A DNA stretch of 64,000 nucleotides, taken from the NCBI RefSeq assembly GCF_964355755.1, contig NC_092671.1, forward strand, positions 14,818,001-14,882,000, in the 5' to 3' direction. The stretch is from Antedon mediterranea (taxonomy: Eukaryota > Animalia > Echinodermata). Below, one piece after another: positions 13,601 through 28,540 of this stretch (positions within the stretch are counted from its first letter, which is position 1; every line of letters starts with the position of its first letter). Both the position numbers and the translations under genes were made by a program. The notes below the pieces were generated by a model, which was given only the letters and a program-made list of their open reading frames with translations, was not told the origin of the DNA and did no database searches.

Positions 13601-16600
13601 TGCGGCAACATGCTGAACTGTGCAATGCATTTAAACTATACAGTCAGTACTTATTTTAAAATATTTTTTTAGAATAAAACCTGCCTGGACTAACTAAAGT
13701 GTGACTTAAACCCCACATTTCCGTTATGATGTCCTTTACCTTCCTCGATGGTTGCATCGATTATCATCAAAAGTGGGCCAATTGTGAGTTTGCATGGTTC
13801 GATGTGAATGTCATATTGACCTAGTAACTTTTCACATGAATACATACTATCTTGTTTTTCTCATTTCACTCCCACTCTTTCTTTTTTTTATTTTGTAAGT
13901 AATAAATGTTACTGGTATGGTCATGAAGAAATAAGTCCTAACTTATTTCTCCAAATTATTTTTTCCTCCATGGTATGAAGCTATCTCTGAGGGATGAACA
14001 ATTTTTACAATATGTTATCAAATCCCCTACTTGTTATTGGACTGTGTTCACTTATATCGACATCGTGTAGGCCTACTTTATGTCAATATAAACACAGTGA
14101 GGCCTAGGTTATTATTAATATTATCGTACTTTATTATCGTGAACTCCTTTAGCAAGGATAACCCTGATAAGTTATCAGACCCCACTTCCGATTTAGCCAT
14201 GTTATTGCATTGCTTACGTCTACAATAATTGAGAATACATGTGATGCGATTTGTTTATTATATTTCACCCTATCAAATCGAGGGCTTAAGCTTTTACGGT
14301 ACCGTACTTTATCTATTCGTATTCGTATGTCGATGTATATTGTGACACGTAGGTTTCGTTTTCCTTGTTTCTCGGCTATGGATCCACAAGCGATGTCTTA
14401 GGCCACAAAACGAACGTACAAGTATTTTGTGTGCAGGCTATCCACCACTTCCCGGACGGACTTTGTCCCTCTCCAATTTCCAGACGGCGCTTTGTCTTTT
14501 CAAGTAGTAACACTGGTTTTGAATTAATTTTGAGATATAAGAATAATTATGTACTGCCTTTCTTGTCTGACAGTGTCTGATGTTTTCTATAGACATTAGG
14601 CCTACAATGATTATGGTTATCACACCTTAATGTTTTAAAGAAAAAAAATCTACTTGACAATTTGTACACAATTGAAATCATCGTCGATTAATTTGCGCTT
14701 GTATTTAGTTCATCAATGTTATTGCTTAATTTTTGGGCGTTGGCGTTGAAGCTCGATCGAGTGACAAATACCTCATCAAGTATCAACGTCGTGTGTTATG
14801 ATGTTGTTATATTTTATTTGATACATAATTCTCTAAATACGTTTATTTCACGTATGTCTGGACCGTCGGAACTTACAGAGCATGCTCATAGTTGTTTATA
14901 TTAAGTTAGATGGATGCTCATATTTTTAAGTCCGAATAGATCTCCCGAAAGACATGTATTTATGCCCGGGTTTAATATTTAACCTTAATACCATCAGTAC
15001 CTTATTGTCTAACGGTAGATTACACTAACTAGGCGTTGTGGTTAATTTTGTTTTCTAAATTTACCATTATTATTTTGTGTTGTTTGTTGTTGCACTTCGT
15101 AGCTACGGAGAGTGTTAATCATACAGTTGAAGTGGTTTCTTTTTGGGAAAAATCGATATATGTATAAAGTCCCGTCGGATTAGCAACACTTGAAATGTTT
15201 TAACATGATTAGGTATCTGCATTGATTATAAAGCGGGTGACTTCGATGATAGAGAAATTACACAGAGGGTTTGTTTATCAAGGCTGGCTCTTCAAGACTA
15301 ATGATTTAATAACATCAAATTTGTGTTTTCGCAACCTGTAACTATGGATATTGTCATTTCAGTGAGATTTTTACTAGAAAAATCAATATTTATTGATAAA
15401 TTCTAACACTGAAGAAATATTTTATCCAGATAAGTCATATCAGTATTGATTATAAAGTGGGTTGTAAGAGTACACGTTGGTTCGGCATGGTCTGTCTATG
15501 GCGTTACCGGTATTATTTAGCTGGTCATGGCCTTATTCTGACGAGATATCGAACTTAAACCTGTGTGTATTTTATATAATAGGCTACAAATTACCCTAAA
15601 ATGTACAATACAGAATGTCTCAATATTATAAATTGAAAATATAAACTGGCTCAGCATTCTAATGATTACCATCGTTTCGCTTGCTTACCATTTTGTTATA
15701 GGATATACTTTTTACAGTGTTATAACTTTTGTCCAATCAAAGACAGCGTATTCGTCGTGAAAGAAATAGTTGACCAATGGGATCGAGTATTTAAATACGC
15801 ATGCGCTAGTCTTAACGCTTGAGTGGCTATCAAAGTATACACAGAGAGACGATCGACTGTGTGGTACGTGGAAGTGACCACAATGTGACCGTTTAAATCG
15901 AATAGTTCTTGGTGCAGCATTTTTATTATATTTCATTTATTCGTAGATATTTATTATATTATAAAGATATTTATAGTTATGCTAACCTCCTATATTATGA
16001 TAAAGCTGTAGGTAAGGTTTTACATCGGAAGGAGGTATTTATTTCAGTTTTGGAAACTGTCATAATGGGGTTTTCCCATTAGATGATAAATGATTCTCAC
16101 TTTCGGATGCACTTCGTTCGGGGATATCCTTATGTCGTTTAAGTTCACTCCTACAATATGGAAAGAAGAAATCGGAAGTTATTCTATTCGTTTGTCTCAA
16201 TACATGTCGGAAGAGTTGTATCCGTTTTTAGTAAAAAGTGAATCGATATAACTTTCGTTAAAGGTGAAGTCTCATATTGACTGATTAACTGCATCAGAGC
16301 ATCTTCTTAATGTTAGATTTGCACATAATATCATTAATATCACTATACCATTTCTATATTACCATCGAATCTAAATAGCCTTCTCGCTTGTTCGCCATAT
16401 CATCACTTGTGTATTTATGGAGAAACTGCAGCTATATAACTGACTAGTAAGATTGGCCAATTAATTATAAAAGGCCTAGAGTATGCATTCGATGGTTATG
16501 CACTGCGCCCATCATTAAAATAAATATCAATAAGAAGGTCATCAAGTAATGTTAGGACAGTGGTTAAAATGTAAAACCACATCCTTACAAAATACACTGT

Positions 16601-18839
16601 GCTAATCTATAGGCCTACTAATGATTGCGTTATCAGATCAGACAACATACAACATTCCATGCCTTTTTTTGTAGATTGTTTTTTTTTTTAGATATATTTA
16701 TTATCATTGTGTATGTTTTATTATTTCGATGAAATACGTAGGCTTCAAAGTGTTTGTGTAAATTCCAATCCAATCATTGAAGTGAAGCCGGTAAGTCTGG
16801 AAAGTGTGTAGTTCTATGTAGGGTGCCTTGTACAGAGAACATTCACGGTCTATAAGCCTATAGATTTGGACGCAGGAAAAGGCGTTGAGGCTGAGATTAG
16901 AACTCTTTCTAATAACTAAAGATATTGAAAGATAATGTATCGATATTCTTGTTAATGTTCGCATGTTTGTGACCGCTTTGTATCCATATACCCCAAATTT
17001 CATCTACACGCATGCATAGTTGTGCTACATTATCATGTTGAAGCGCATTGATATCAATGTAATGTTGTTATTTAATTTGAATAATTATATTATATACGGA
17101 TGCCAATACTTTTTTGTATTAAATTATTAGAAAATTATATTATTTAAAAACAAAATGTTGTATTGTTGTATGTTCTTTGGGTTAGGCCTATATAGTGTAT
17201 ATATTTTCACCAATTTTAATATTAAACGGAAATAATAAAGTTAAAGTTAAATTTCCTCTTGTTGCTATGTATAATAAGCAAAACCGGTCTTATCTGGTTT
17301 ATTCCCGCCCCCGCCTTTTATAAATTCTGCTAACTTTGCTCTGGTTAGTCCTAATGTTTTAGGCTCTGTTCGTCGCAAAGATAGATAGACTTGTAATGAT
17401 GTTGTCACTCCATATATCTTTGTTAGGCCCACAGACAGAGGCGTACACGGGGGGTTTTGGGATTAGATCCTTGTGTCATGATCGGACTTTTTTATGCATT
17501 GTAATTCACGAACGAATAAGAAACACCTTAAAATTGTAGATCTCTAGCGCGTCTTATACAAACAAAAATCATAAACAGTGTTTATGGAAGGACCAATGCG
17601 TGTTAAATCTTGCAATAAACTAAGCTTTTATATCTAAACTTTATTTGTCTTTGATGCTAATACTAATAGTGAATTTACACAATTTACTAACAAACAAGTG
17701 GTAATAATGCTTTATTTCGCGGTATTTAGAATGAAATTGGCGCGATAAATATACAAAAACAGTTCAGATCAAAAACGGTATTCTGTAATAGAAATTTCAT
17801 TTTCTATATGTAATATTACAGGAGTAGGTCTACCGTGTTTCAATCGTAGATATCGCAGCTCTATGTAATGAAATCATTACACTGCCAGAGTTTCAGGTTA
17901 AACATTTGCACTAGCAATATAACCAAAGCGTTAACCAATCAAAGTTGGTCAAAACTTCACGTTTGATGCAGAGGTGGAGCTTTTACTGTCAGCCCTTGCG
18001 TTAAAAATAGAAAAATTTGCCTCGTTACAGCGGCGAAGTATAGACAGTGAATTTCCGTGACGATGGTGGTGTCAGTGCCTTTACAATGGTATTTGCATAG
18101 TGAGAAGAAAGGGTTTTGTCGATTACCGGTCATGCTAATTAGTACCCATGTAAATGACGTCATCGCCTATCGAACTATATAATCTTCCCAAACCGTCTTT
18201 TCCTCTCGCTTTTTATCAAGTGGTTGTTTTCATATTTTAGACGAATTTATAAATATATTGGCCTTGTTGTAAATGATTCTGATTATTAAAAATACATTAT
18301 ATATTCCATTTTTTGAAGTGTAAAAAAAAAAGATAAAATACTAATACTAATGTCTGATGTGAATGAATGTTACATTGTATATCAATTTTTCAATGTAGGC
18401 TAAAAGTATTGTGTTATTGTAACCTACAGTGACGATATACTGAATTTCAAAATTTAAAGATCTCTGCAGGTACCATACCGTATGTATTTTACACAGTCTA
18501 GTTTAAAACCAACTTATAGAACCATATTAACAGACATTAACATTATTAACAAAACCCCCAGAAATTAATTAATTTGAAAATAGCATAACATTAAAAATGA
18601 ATTTACGCGGTATCGTAATTCATACTACAACATCTGCCTTTAGACATCTGCTTCAAGTCTCTTGCATTAAATCTGTTTCTATAAAAAATGAATTTTTACG
18701 CTGTCTTTTTAAAAGCCTTTTTTATATTAATTGATAAAAGACTAATCCCCAGGTGTATCAACTAAACATTGTTTAAAATTATTATCCAGAAGAAAATATG
18801 AACAAAGCATTGATGCATTGCTATACACTGTAAGTACAG

Positions 18840-19314
18840 GCATTTCACTTTTCGCACCAAATTTGCCAGAATGCGCGAAAAACGCACATGTTGCTTTGTT
18901 GTTAATTGTGACGATCATTGTTACGTAATTTGCATATGCATAGAACGTCAATTAGATTTCAGAGATTGGTCAGATCACTGGTAAAGCTTGTTAACCGGAC
19001 GCTCACTGGTTGATAGGGCGACGTAATAAATTATTCATGAGGTTGTCTCAATAACTTCGTGTCACTTCATGCCGTGAGATTGTTGGCCGGTGAAAATCAC
19101 ACTGAAAGCACTGAAATATAATTTGCTCTCCAAAGTATCTTTAAGTCGGCCAAACCGGACTTAGCCCTACCAGACAGTCAAGATTTTTCCTTTATAGGAT
19201 TCAGTCAATCTGTAGTGGTAAAGGCTGTTTAGTCTGTACAAAAACAAAGCATATTCTCACTATTTTAAAGATTGTTTTTAACAACCTAAACTAGCCTAGC
19301 CTATCAACCATCAA
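18840..19314 (+). promoter_or_regulatory. Cyclin D proximal promoter and 5' UTR
   Basis: CpG-containing region upstream of the ATG with E2F consensus GCGCGAAAA (~18873-18881) and reverse CCAAT (ATTGG ~18965). Confidence 0.5.
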
Positions 19315-22300
19315 ATGGAAGTACCGGGTGGATTGCTATGTTGCGAAGTAGAGAAAATACGTCGAAGCTATCGTGATCCAGTTTTATTAAATGACAGAGT
19401 TTTGAACAATTTATTATGCAGTGAAGAAAAATATACATTGAGTAGTGACTATTTTACAATCATCCAAACAGATTTAAAACCATATATGAGGAAAATGGTT
19501 GCAGACTGGATGTTGGAAGTAAGTGCACTTTTTGATGTGTTGTGTTTGAAACGAATGAATTTTGACAAGCAATGCGTCTTTCTATTTTCATTATATTTTC
19601 ATAATATTTTCATTCATTTTCTAAACAAAAATGAATTTATATTAATCAATACTTACTTTTACCTAAACAATTTACTAATTTCTTTTAATGTGATATTTTA
19701 TTGATATTTTTTACGAAACGTAGGAAAATCGCGCATTTTCTGTGATCACCACCTCCGCCATTTTCTTTTGAAGTGGGTCTTTTAAGATTTAAGTTTTTCA
19801 AACTTTAAAAGCCTTAAATGTAACTCAAATTAGATATATAAGACAATGTGTTATGGAATATTAATTTCTGATAATTATTTTTAAAATCAATTGTTGTGTA
19901 TATTTTATTTCGTTTTTTTAAAAACTTGTTGATTTGGACGATCCACACACATCATGCAGGTTTTTATCCTCTCCGCGCCTAGCTTGGCTTCTGTCCAAGT
20001 ACGGTTTACTCGGCTAGACGTCGAGGAAGGCTGAAAATGCACGTGAGAAAATGCACTGAGACTTTTGATAAAAGGAGACCTAATTTCGTAATTGATCTTT
20101 TAGCTTGTATTTATGTGTTCTTTGTTTATTTTCTGTTTTCATAGGTATGTGAGGAACAGCAATGTGAACAAGACGTGTTTCCTCTTGCAATGAATTACAT
20201 GGACAGATTTCTAGCAGTTTGTAGACTAAATAGGAACAAGTTGCAATTGTTAGGTGCAACGTGTATGTTTTTAGCATCAAAATTAAAAGAAACATCGCCA
20301 TTGACGGCGGAAAAACTCATCATCTATACAGATAAATCAATAAGTTATCAACAATTACTAGTAAGTTTTTATTTTATTTTAGTTGTTTAATTGTGTTTTA
20401 TTACTTTATGATTGAAGGAAAGGCCTAGCTTAGTAGCTAGCCTAGGATCATCAGACCCTGTTCTCCAGACACAAGATGGTGGTTTCCTAGGAGCCTTCTG
20501 CGATTTGTTACAAAATGTTATAATTTGTATTACGCAGAACAATTGCCAGTAAACAAATCAGCTGATTATTTACATGAGGAATCATCATGTTCATGTTTTT
20601 TTATATTAATATACTAAAGAGTGAAATGCGTGAATGTATTACTGTTTGTGTAATATAGCTATAGGCCTAGGCCAATTTATTTATTTTTCATATTTAATTA
20701 CCTAATTTTAATGACCTATGCTTAAATTACAACTTTTACTGAAAATCTATTGTCTTTTTTTCTTTATCTCTTCTAGGAAATTGAAGTATTAATATTAAAG
20801 AAACTTAAATGGGACCTCTCTGCAATAACCCCACATGACTTTTTGGAACAAGTTCTGCATCGATTACCGATAGAAGCAGACTATGCTCATCTTATCCGAA
20901 AACATGCACAGACATTAATAGCCATGTGTGTTACAGGTGTGTTCTCATACATTTTACTGTTTTCTTTTATTAGAAAAATAAAGTGTGTGTGCCTGTCTTT
21001 AAAAAATTGATTTATATATTTTTTTGTGTGGAGTCCAACACCTATATTTTGATCCTGTTGCAATTTTGTGTGCGTGCAAAAACTATTTTGTGGAATCTTT
21101 GTTTTGTGCATTTGTTGACTTAATGTGAAATTTAATGGTAAGTGACGGTTGTATATTCTTTTTCTTTATTTGTTCAACATGTTTCTATATTTTTACAAAT
21201 TTTGTCTTTATACAGAACTTTATTCATCATATTCATATTCACACCAACAACTTTTCAATTAATTTTTTGGACATCATTCATTTAAAAAAAAAATTTAAAG
21301 TGTATTTATAATTACATTCAAATTAAGGATTTATTCTTCTATTTTTATCAACAAAAATTTACATATCTTGAATAATCCATCGAAATATAAGGGCATTACA
21401 TTTAGGCTTATGATACAGTAATGTAAAAGAAACACATATCTTTCAATTCAATATTGATTCTCGAAGCTTTATCTTCATTTAATATTCTTGTCTGCCTTGT
21501 TAAGTTCTTTTGTTTTTTTCCTGGACCCTGAAGTAATTGATTATGTAATTTTTGAAATGATTCAACTAATCCTGTAAGCTTAATCTTAAGTTGTCATTCT
21601 GAGCAAGGAAGGTCTTTTGAATTGTTTTATTAAAGACAATTTAATTTGAGAGAAATCTGTTGTGCCAATATTTTCTCATCATTTATAGACAACAACAAGC
21701 CATCAGCCAGGCCAACAGAACTTTAAAATATGCCAATGGTCCCGGTGGTGGTCATGTTTGCTTTTGTAGTTAGTCCATTTGTCCTGATGTGAAGAAGTCC
21801 TAAGGCTTGTTCTTAATCTTCCAACACTGCATTTTCAAACCTTAAATGCCATTTCCTGGATACTCTACACTCTAACTCTATAACCTATCTATTTTATTGC
21901 CATATGTTACTTGTGTTCTTAATTGTGTGTTTACAATTACATTGCATTATTTCTTTCTACTGAAAGTTGACTTGTTTTTGAAAAACCTGACTTGATAGAT
22001 TTTGATATCCTTATTGATTGATTCCACTATTGACTGCATACAGGGGGTATAAACCTCTCTCTTTAACCATTGAAAATGAATAATGGCGGATGTTTTAAAT
22101 GATCAAGATTATTAAATAAATAATTGGAACTATGACAGGCCGGAAACATTTTGTTGATTTATCAATAAAAGAGTTTAAACTCATAAAATCTTTACGTGGT
22201 TTGAGGTGTACCTCCAGCACAGCCCTGAAGAAAAGATTATTCCTGTTTTATAACAGTGTAAATTTGTGAAAAACAAATTTGTGTATGGATGTATTTGTTT

Positions 22301-25300
22301 AAAAGCTAGTACTGTAGCTTAGTATATAACTAAATCATATCACTTTCCTTTATAATTGAATATTATATTGCTCAAAGTCCAAATTTATTATTAATATTAT
22401 TTATATATATTATATTCATATTAATTTTTAATTTTTTTTATTTTTCCAGATTATAGTTTTGCAATGTATCCTCCTTCAATGATAGCTGCTGGGTGTGTGG
22501 GGGCGGCAGTTAATGGTTTAAGCTCTGGTATCAGGAGGTGTGATGAAATTCCAAATCTAATGAATAGATTATATGAAATTACAAAAATAGAATTGGTGAG
22601 TTTAAAATTAATTTTTAATTCTTAAAGTAGTAAGTAGTCTTTTGGTTAAAATTTTTTCCGGTCAATAATAAAATGGCTTTTCATTGTGAAGACCACTATA
22701 CATTTTTCGTTCAAAATATGAAGTAATGAATCATGGGCCCTTTCAGAAACCAGAAAAACTAAATAGAATTTAGAACAAGTTTGTTTAATGAATTAGGGTC
22801 ATTGTACTGGACTGTTAATCCTTTTTATTCTTTCTTATACTCTTCTTATTTTAACAACCTTGCTATTGGAATGTATTGATTTGATAACAATGGCCTGCAA
22901 CCATGTGCTAAGAAGGTGGCTAGGCCACATTTCAGCAGCTTTAAGCACTAGGTGTAATTAACAGCATAAGGTACACAATAACGCTGATAAAAAGACTGCT
23001 TTTGTATTTCTAAATGCTATACAACATTTTATAAAGCAGTTATCATATTGTTTTATATTCGTTTGTTTGCAGTAAATATCCTAGTTAATTTTTATATAAT
23101 ATTTTATACTAAATACTGCAAGTACCTTTTCCTCAAGAACAAAATTAAGATTTTGTAAAACCTATTTTAAGAAAGCACATATCTAAGATGATGTAATTGT
23201 ACTTTAAGTACATTTGAGAATACTTGTGAACAAATTCACAATAATAATTTTCCAAATTATTTCCCCAGTTAAAATACTTTGGCTTATATTGTACTAAAAT
23301 TAACTAACAGAAGAAAATGCTACATATCCCTTTCCTTACAAATATTATCATTTTGGTTAAGCTTAATTTGTCATGGTAGGAACTTACCTACCAGTTCAAT
23401 GTACACATTTTCAATGACCACAAAAGATGGTATGCAAGATAATGAGTAAAAACAATACAATTTTTGCCTTCTCTCGCCTTTTCTAACTAATTAAAAATTG
23501 TGAGTAGACCTACACTATATGTAGGGTGTTTCTGGAAAGGCACCTGAAATATTGATTTTGGTTTAAGGGGGAAAGTTGGACTTACAAAAGGATTGCGTAT
23601 TCTGTAGAACCATCCTAAATTCCTTAGGAATGTATGGCAATCAATCACAAGTTGATATAAAAGGAGGTTGATGTATTGACATATCCCGAACAAGCATGTC
23701 ATGTTCAACTATCAACAAATATGAAATGCTGTTCAAGCTCTCCCTCAGTCCCTAGTGCATTTTTATTCAACCCCCTTTTTTTCACAAGTCTATAAAGATA
23801 ATATATAACTTCTGTAATAGAATTCAACACTCTATCTAAATAATGCTTAACACAAAAGTATTTTTTTGTTAGAAGGGCTCTAAAAATATTGGTTTATTTC
23901 TTGAGACAACATACAAATATACCATCCTACTTAACAAGTATTAAATTTTATGGTATAGATTATCTTTGTTAAAGGTGTTGTAAAAAATTTCACAAAAATA
24001 AGTGTTATTTGTTCACTAGGTTCAGTTAGTTTGTGTAGGTGTAAATATTCTTTGGATGATTTAAATAATGTATGAGGTCAAATTGGGTGTCTGAACTTGA
24101 TTGACTTTGGCCCTGAAAAGGTGTTTAAAAATTGTGCAAAGCAACATGTAAAACATTACAGGTGGATTTCAGTGGCATTACAGAGACAAATAACTTTGAA
24201 GCTGACAAAAAATGCAGTGAAATTCTAGCTGTGGGTTTAGATTAGGTTTATTTATTGATGATCTGTGAGATACTCATAGCATATGCATATACCACTTGAC
24301 CCTCTATCATTGCAAGGTGGCCTTTATTTGATTTGATAAATCAAATGCGACTCTACCCTTAAACTCACAATCAATATTTCCTCAACAGAAATGAATAAAA
24401 AAAAATTGTGTTAACATAATTTAACCAGCTTTCTTCATGGTCCACAAAACTGGTGCCTTACCGTAGTTTATTTGGATTATCAGTAATTACTTACATTATT
24501 GTTACAATCAGGCCTAGTTACAATATGCTATGTGTCTTGGCCTTTTTGATTGGTTCAATGTGAGGAAAGTTATTCTTGGTCCGTCAGACCTCCCATTCTC
24601 TGTGACCTGTCAATATTTTCCTTTACATGCTCTTGTTAACCGCCGTCGGATCATGTTACGACTCGGTATTCAGTTGGCATGTTGGTGGCGCACTCTTATA
24701 GTTTAAAGACTATTAGCCTCTAGACAGTAGGTAGATTACATTTCATTGCTGGCCTGCTGTGAATCAGCATTTCCACTTTCCTTCTCAATTCCCATCAAGC
24801 TGTTTTGGCTGTATATTCCTCCTTAAACCAACTGAGCGGCCTCTATCTTATACAACGCTTATCGAACTTCCATGCGGCGTCTTGTCTCCATACCTTATTA
24901 CTCGGTGACGAGTATACTTGTTACGGTCACTGTACCGATTTCCGGGAAATGCCGGTGCTTCAACGATTTAAGGTATTTCCATTCCTTTCTTCTCACGCGT
25001 GCCGTGGAAGCACTGGTGGTGAGACAGGGTGGTTAACCGGCCTCAGGTATCGATCGGAATTTTAACCTGTCGCTTCTAATCTGATAATCTAAATCCAACT
25101 TAATAAAAAGGAAAATGTGAAATTTCAAATTCAAATTGATTAATGGGCTCTCAATATAATCATTCTCCCAAACCTATCCTTTGATATGCTCAAATTGAAA
25201 TAACATCAATTCTGTTAGATAAAATGTGGCAGTGACATTCAATAATGTGAAAACAGTTGTTTTAATTTAAAGCATAAGGAACTTTAAGAATTTGTTATAA

Positions 25301-26966
25301 TAATCATAATCATGTTATGATATTGCTGGCGACATGAATTACAAATGCGGTTGTATTTATTTTAATGGGTCCTTATAACAACTGAGAGAGAATATATACC
25401 AGCGGTGTTGCATTCCTGGGCTGTTTGACACTGGGAACAGAGCCTAGAGCAATGATCTTAAGATGCTAGATGGATGAGTTCTAAGATGTTTCTGATTAGC
25501 AGTTAATGAGCAATGATTGACTTCTTCTTGTAATGGAAGTGGTTCAATTTAGGATAGCAGCTTGCTGACTTCCGTTCTCTATCAAACAGCATGGGGCTCT
25601 TTCCAAGAGATTGTTCACAAAATGAAAGCCCTTGTTCTAGTAATTTATTAACTTCTATTATTATCAATTATTCTAAAGAAAATTAATATTATTTATATTA
25701 TCTATTATATATAATAATAAATAGTATTTAAATTTCTTTAAATTGTTTGATGACTGTATGGTATAAATGTATGGTATAGTTTACATTGATCTGGAAGAAC
25801 TGATTTATGAAACGTTCGTGCTAACATTACCCTCTATTGGTCAAATTGCTATAGAAACTAAATAAGTTTATTGTCGGGTCATCTGAAAGGTCAAATGGGG
25901 AACACAGTAGGGGATTTGTGATGTAAAGACATACCTGCTTGTCTGTTCTTTGACCCCTAGTTAGGTAACAGCTTATTGATGCAAATGACCCATTTCCCCT
26001 TCACTCTCAAGTGACCTATTTCCCCTCCTTTCCCACATGTGACATAATGGAGTGGTAAAGCTAATGCAGACCCTCATGTAAGAGGAACTGTCTAGCCCTG
26101 GGTGGTACACTTCGATGTTGAACTCATTTGCTCTTGTATATTTATGACCCAGTTCCGTGTGTTCTACATTTTCTCATCCCTGTTCCTCATCTTTACCCCT
26201 CAATTCACATTCTTACTTATATAGAGCTCTAGTAGTTTTTATTTTACATGCCAACATGCCAAATAATAACATTTTCTTCCAAACGTTTATGTAATTTCTC
26301 ATCGTACAATCTACTTTTTAAAAATTTCGTTTTAAATTTTTCAAACAATATAATTGTGTATAGTAGCAATTTTAGTTCACTAGGTTCAAATTTTTAAAGG
26401 AATTATTGTATAGTGTAATTTAGTTGAATTAAGATTGACTACTCTACCATGCTGTTTCAATGGAGGCCATTTCCTGTACTTAGTTTCATTGTTGAATAAT
26501 TTACCTACTGGGCATGTAGGCCTACAGAGTAGCTATAGTGTGTTTGATGTGCCAGTTTGTTGACGTCTTCTTTGTTATTCAATACAGTCTTTCTCATGTA
26601 AAACAGCATTAAACACCCTACCATCTAATGAGTGATACAATAGATAAAATGTCTGGGCTTGCTGCTTTAGAAAAGATCCTATACATTGTGTTATTCTCAC
26701 ACCTATTATACTTTATACATACTTTATCTATTGAATGTCTGTTGTTGATTAAAATATGTTAAAAACATTGACTAGTAATCAGTAATTTTTGTTTTATCTT
26801 ATAGGAATACCTTCATCAGTGTCAAGAACAAATCGAACACTTGTTGTCAAAAAACTTATCGTCGGGCAGCCAACAAGAAGAAATGTTAAAGGAAGATAAA
26901 GAGGCGCCCTCTACACCCACAGATATACAAGAAATTTCTCTCCTCCTGAATACCGGTTCTACGTAA
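19315..26966 (+). CDS. CCND: G1/S-specific cyclin D, 5 coding exons, ~295 aa
   Basis: Exons 19315-19518, 20145-20360, 20777-20936, 22450-22595, 26805-26966, all GT-AG and phase-consistent. N-terminal LLCCE (LxCxE Rb-binding motif), cyclin box [34 protein letters not shown]...[41 protein letters not shown] and C-terminal PSTPTDI phosphodegron (equivalent to cyclin D1 T286). Confidence 0.96.
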
Positions 26967-28540
26967 ACATTTTTAAATAAATGGCTGCATGGTTCTCTTT
27001 CTAATTAAAGAATTTAATAATATTTAAAAAAGGAAAAAAAAATTAAAATTACCAAAATACCTGTATACAAAAATGTGTGTGAGAGAGTGTGATATTGTTT
27101 AGCAAATAAGTTTTTTATAATGATGAAGCTGGTTGGGTTATGAAGGTGAAAAGGTATAGAACAGAAATTAGGTTTTTTTAAATTTTGACTAATTTAACTC
27201 GATTAAAAAGAGAACTATTCAGTAATTTTAGTGATTTTTTAATTCATGCAAAATTATTTTTGTTAGCGGATCTATGCAATGTATTGGGATTCAGTATGTC
27301 CATTCGAAATGATCTAGACAACTAGACCCTATTTATTTAACTCTTAATTATATTACATCTTTATTTTAAAGTATTATATTTTTGGTTTTTTAAACATGTA
27401 TCTGAACTTTCAATATAAAATGTTATTATAATATTTTCAAGTAACATATTTAATTGTATGAGAATTGAGTGTTAACAACTATTTTAAATTTTGAATTTGC
27501 TTTTATTTTAAATAATGGATAAATTATTAATAACTACACTCATCACAATGTCTTCCAGTTTGATGTGATGTACCAGTTTAAAACAAAGTCAATTTGCTAC
27601 CTCAATAATGATAAACAAAAGCAAGTTAGCAATTAACAGTTATCTGTATATGATCTTCCGTATCCTGTTTTATGCAAGGGTGTTACATAATGTGCACAAT
27701 ATAAACAGTATTGGTTTAAATTACCCACCATCATATATACATGTATAATAAACTTGGTGTCTATGAGAACACTGCCATTTTTACAAGTAGTAAACATTGT
27801 CATATTTACAGCCAGCTGAATTTATACCATTGTACCAAAGATATCCATTATAAATTAGTTTGTTACGTCACCTAGAAACTGCCACCAATTATTTTACATT
27901 GCAGTGTTGGGATTTTTTGTGTCATTACATTACAAAAGTTTGATGTGTTGAGTATATCCTATTATCCAATTGCTGTGTAGAATTATGACATTTTAAACGG
28001 ATTATATACCCATTCAAAAATTAATAATGTAGGTAACTAAGAGTGATTCAACCAAAATTGCCAAATTGGTTATTTAAAAATTGTGCCAATTTATAGGTAC
28101 TTGATATATTAATTAGTGCTTTAAATGTTATGCTGTGACAATGTTACAAGAGTAAAGTTGTAATTAGGAATTTTAAATTGTAAACACAATGATGTTTTTA
28201 AGTATTTCAACTATTAATAGTGACCAAATTAAAGTTTGAGCATTTTTGCTATGTGTCCAAGTGTTATTCTTGGTGCTTTAATATTTCCAATGTAATTTTT
28301 ACATTCAAATTGATCATTCCATATTAGGTATTACAGAGAAAGGGTGGACAATCATTTGTATGATACTGTTAGGTGCTGGCACTCTATTAAACTACTGTTT
28401 CTGTATCATTATGTCATTCATTTTATGTTTTTTTTTAATTTTTTTATACCTTTAAAGGTGTGTTCTGACTCAATTTCGACTGCTTAGTCATTTGTAAGCA
28501 TTTTCATGTGGAAAAATAAAATGCAGAGAATATATATTAT
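26967..28540 (+). other. Probable long AU-rich 3' UTR of cyclin D
   Basis: AT-rich ORF-free stretch after the stop with several ATTTA motifs. AATAAA at 28515-28520 is followed by a T-rich tract. The actual 3' end is inferred. Confidence 0.5.

Noticed and set aside
307-18951. Many 60-100-aa ORFs upstream of cyclin D
   Set aside because: Low-complexity, AT-driven composition with no recognisable domains or exon chains.
25876-26390. Nuclear-receptor half-site repeats in cyclin D intron 4 (GGGTCA-n6-AGGTCA; AGTTCA-n3-GGTTCA)
   Set aside because: Short motifs, one with non-canonical spacing; they cannot be separated from chance without conservation data.
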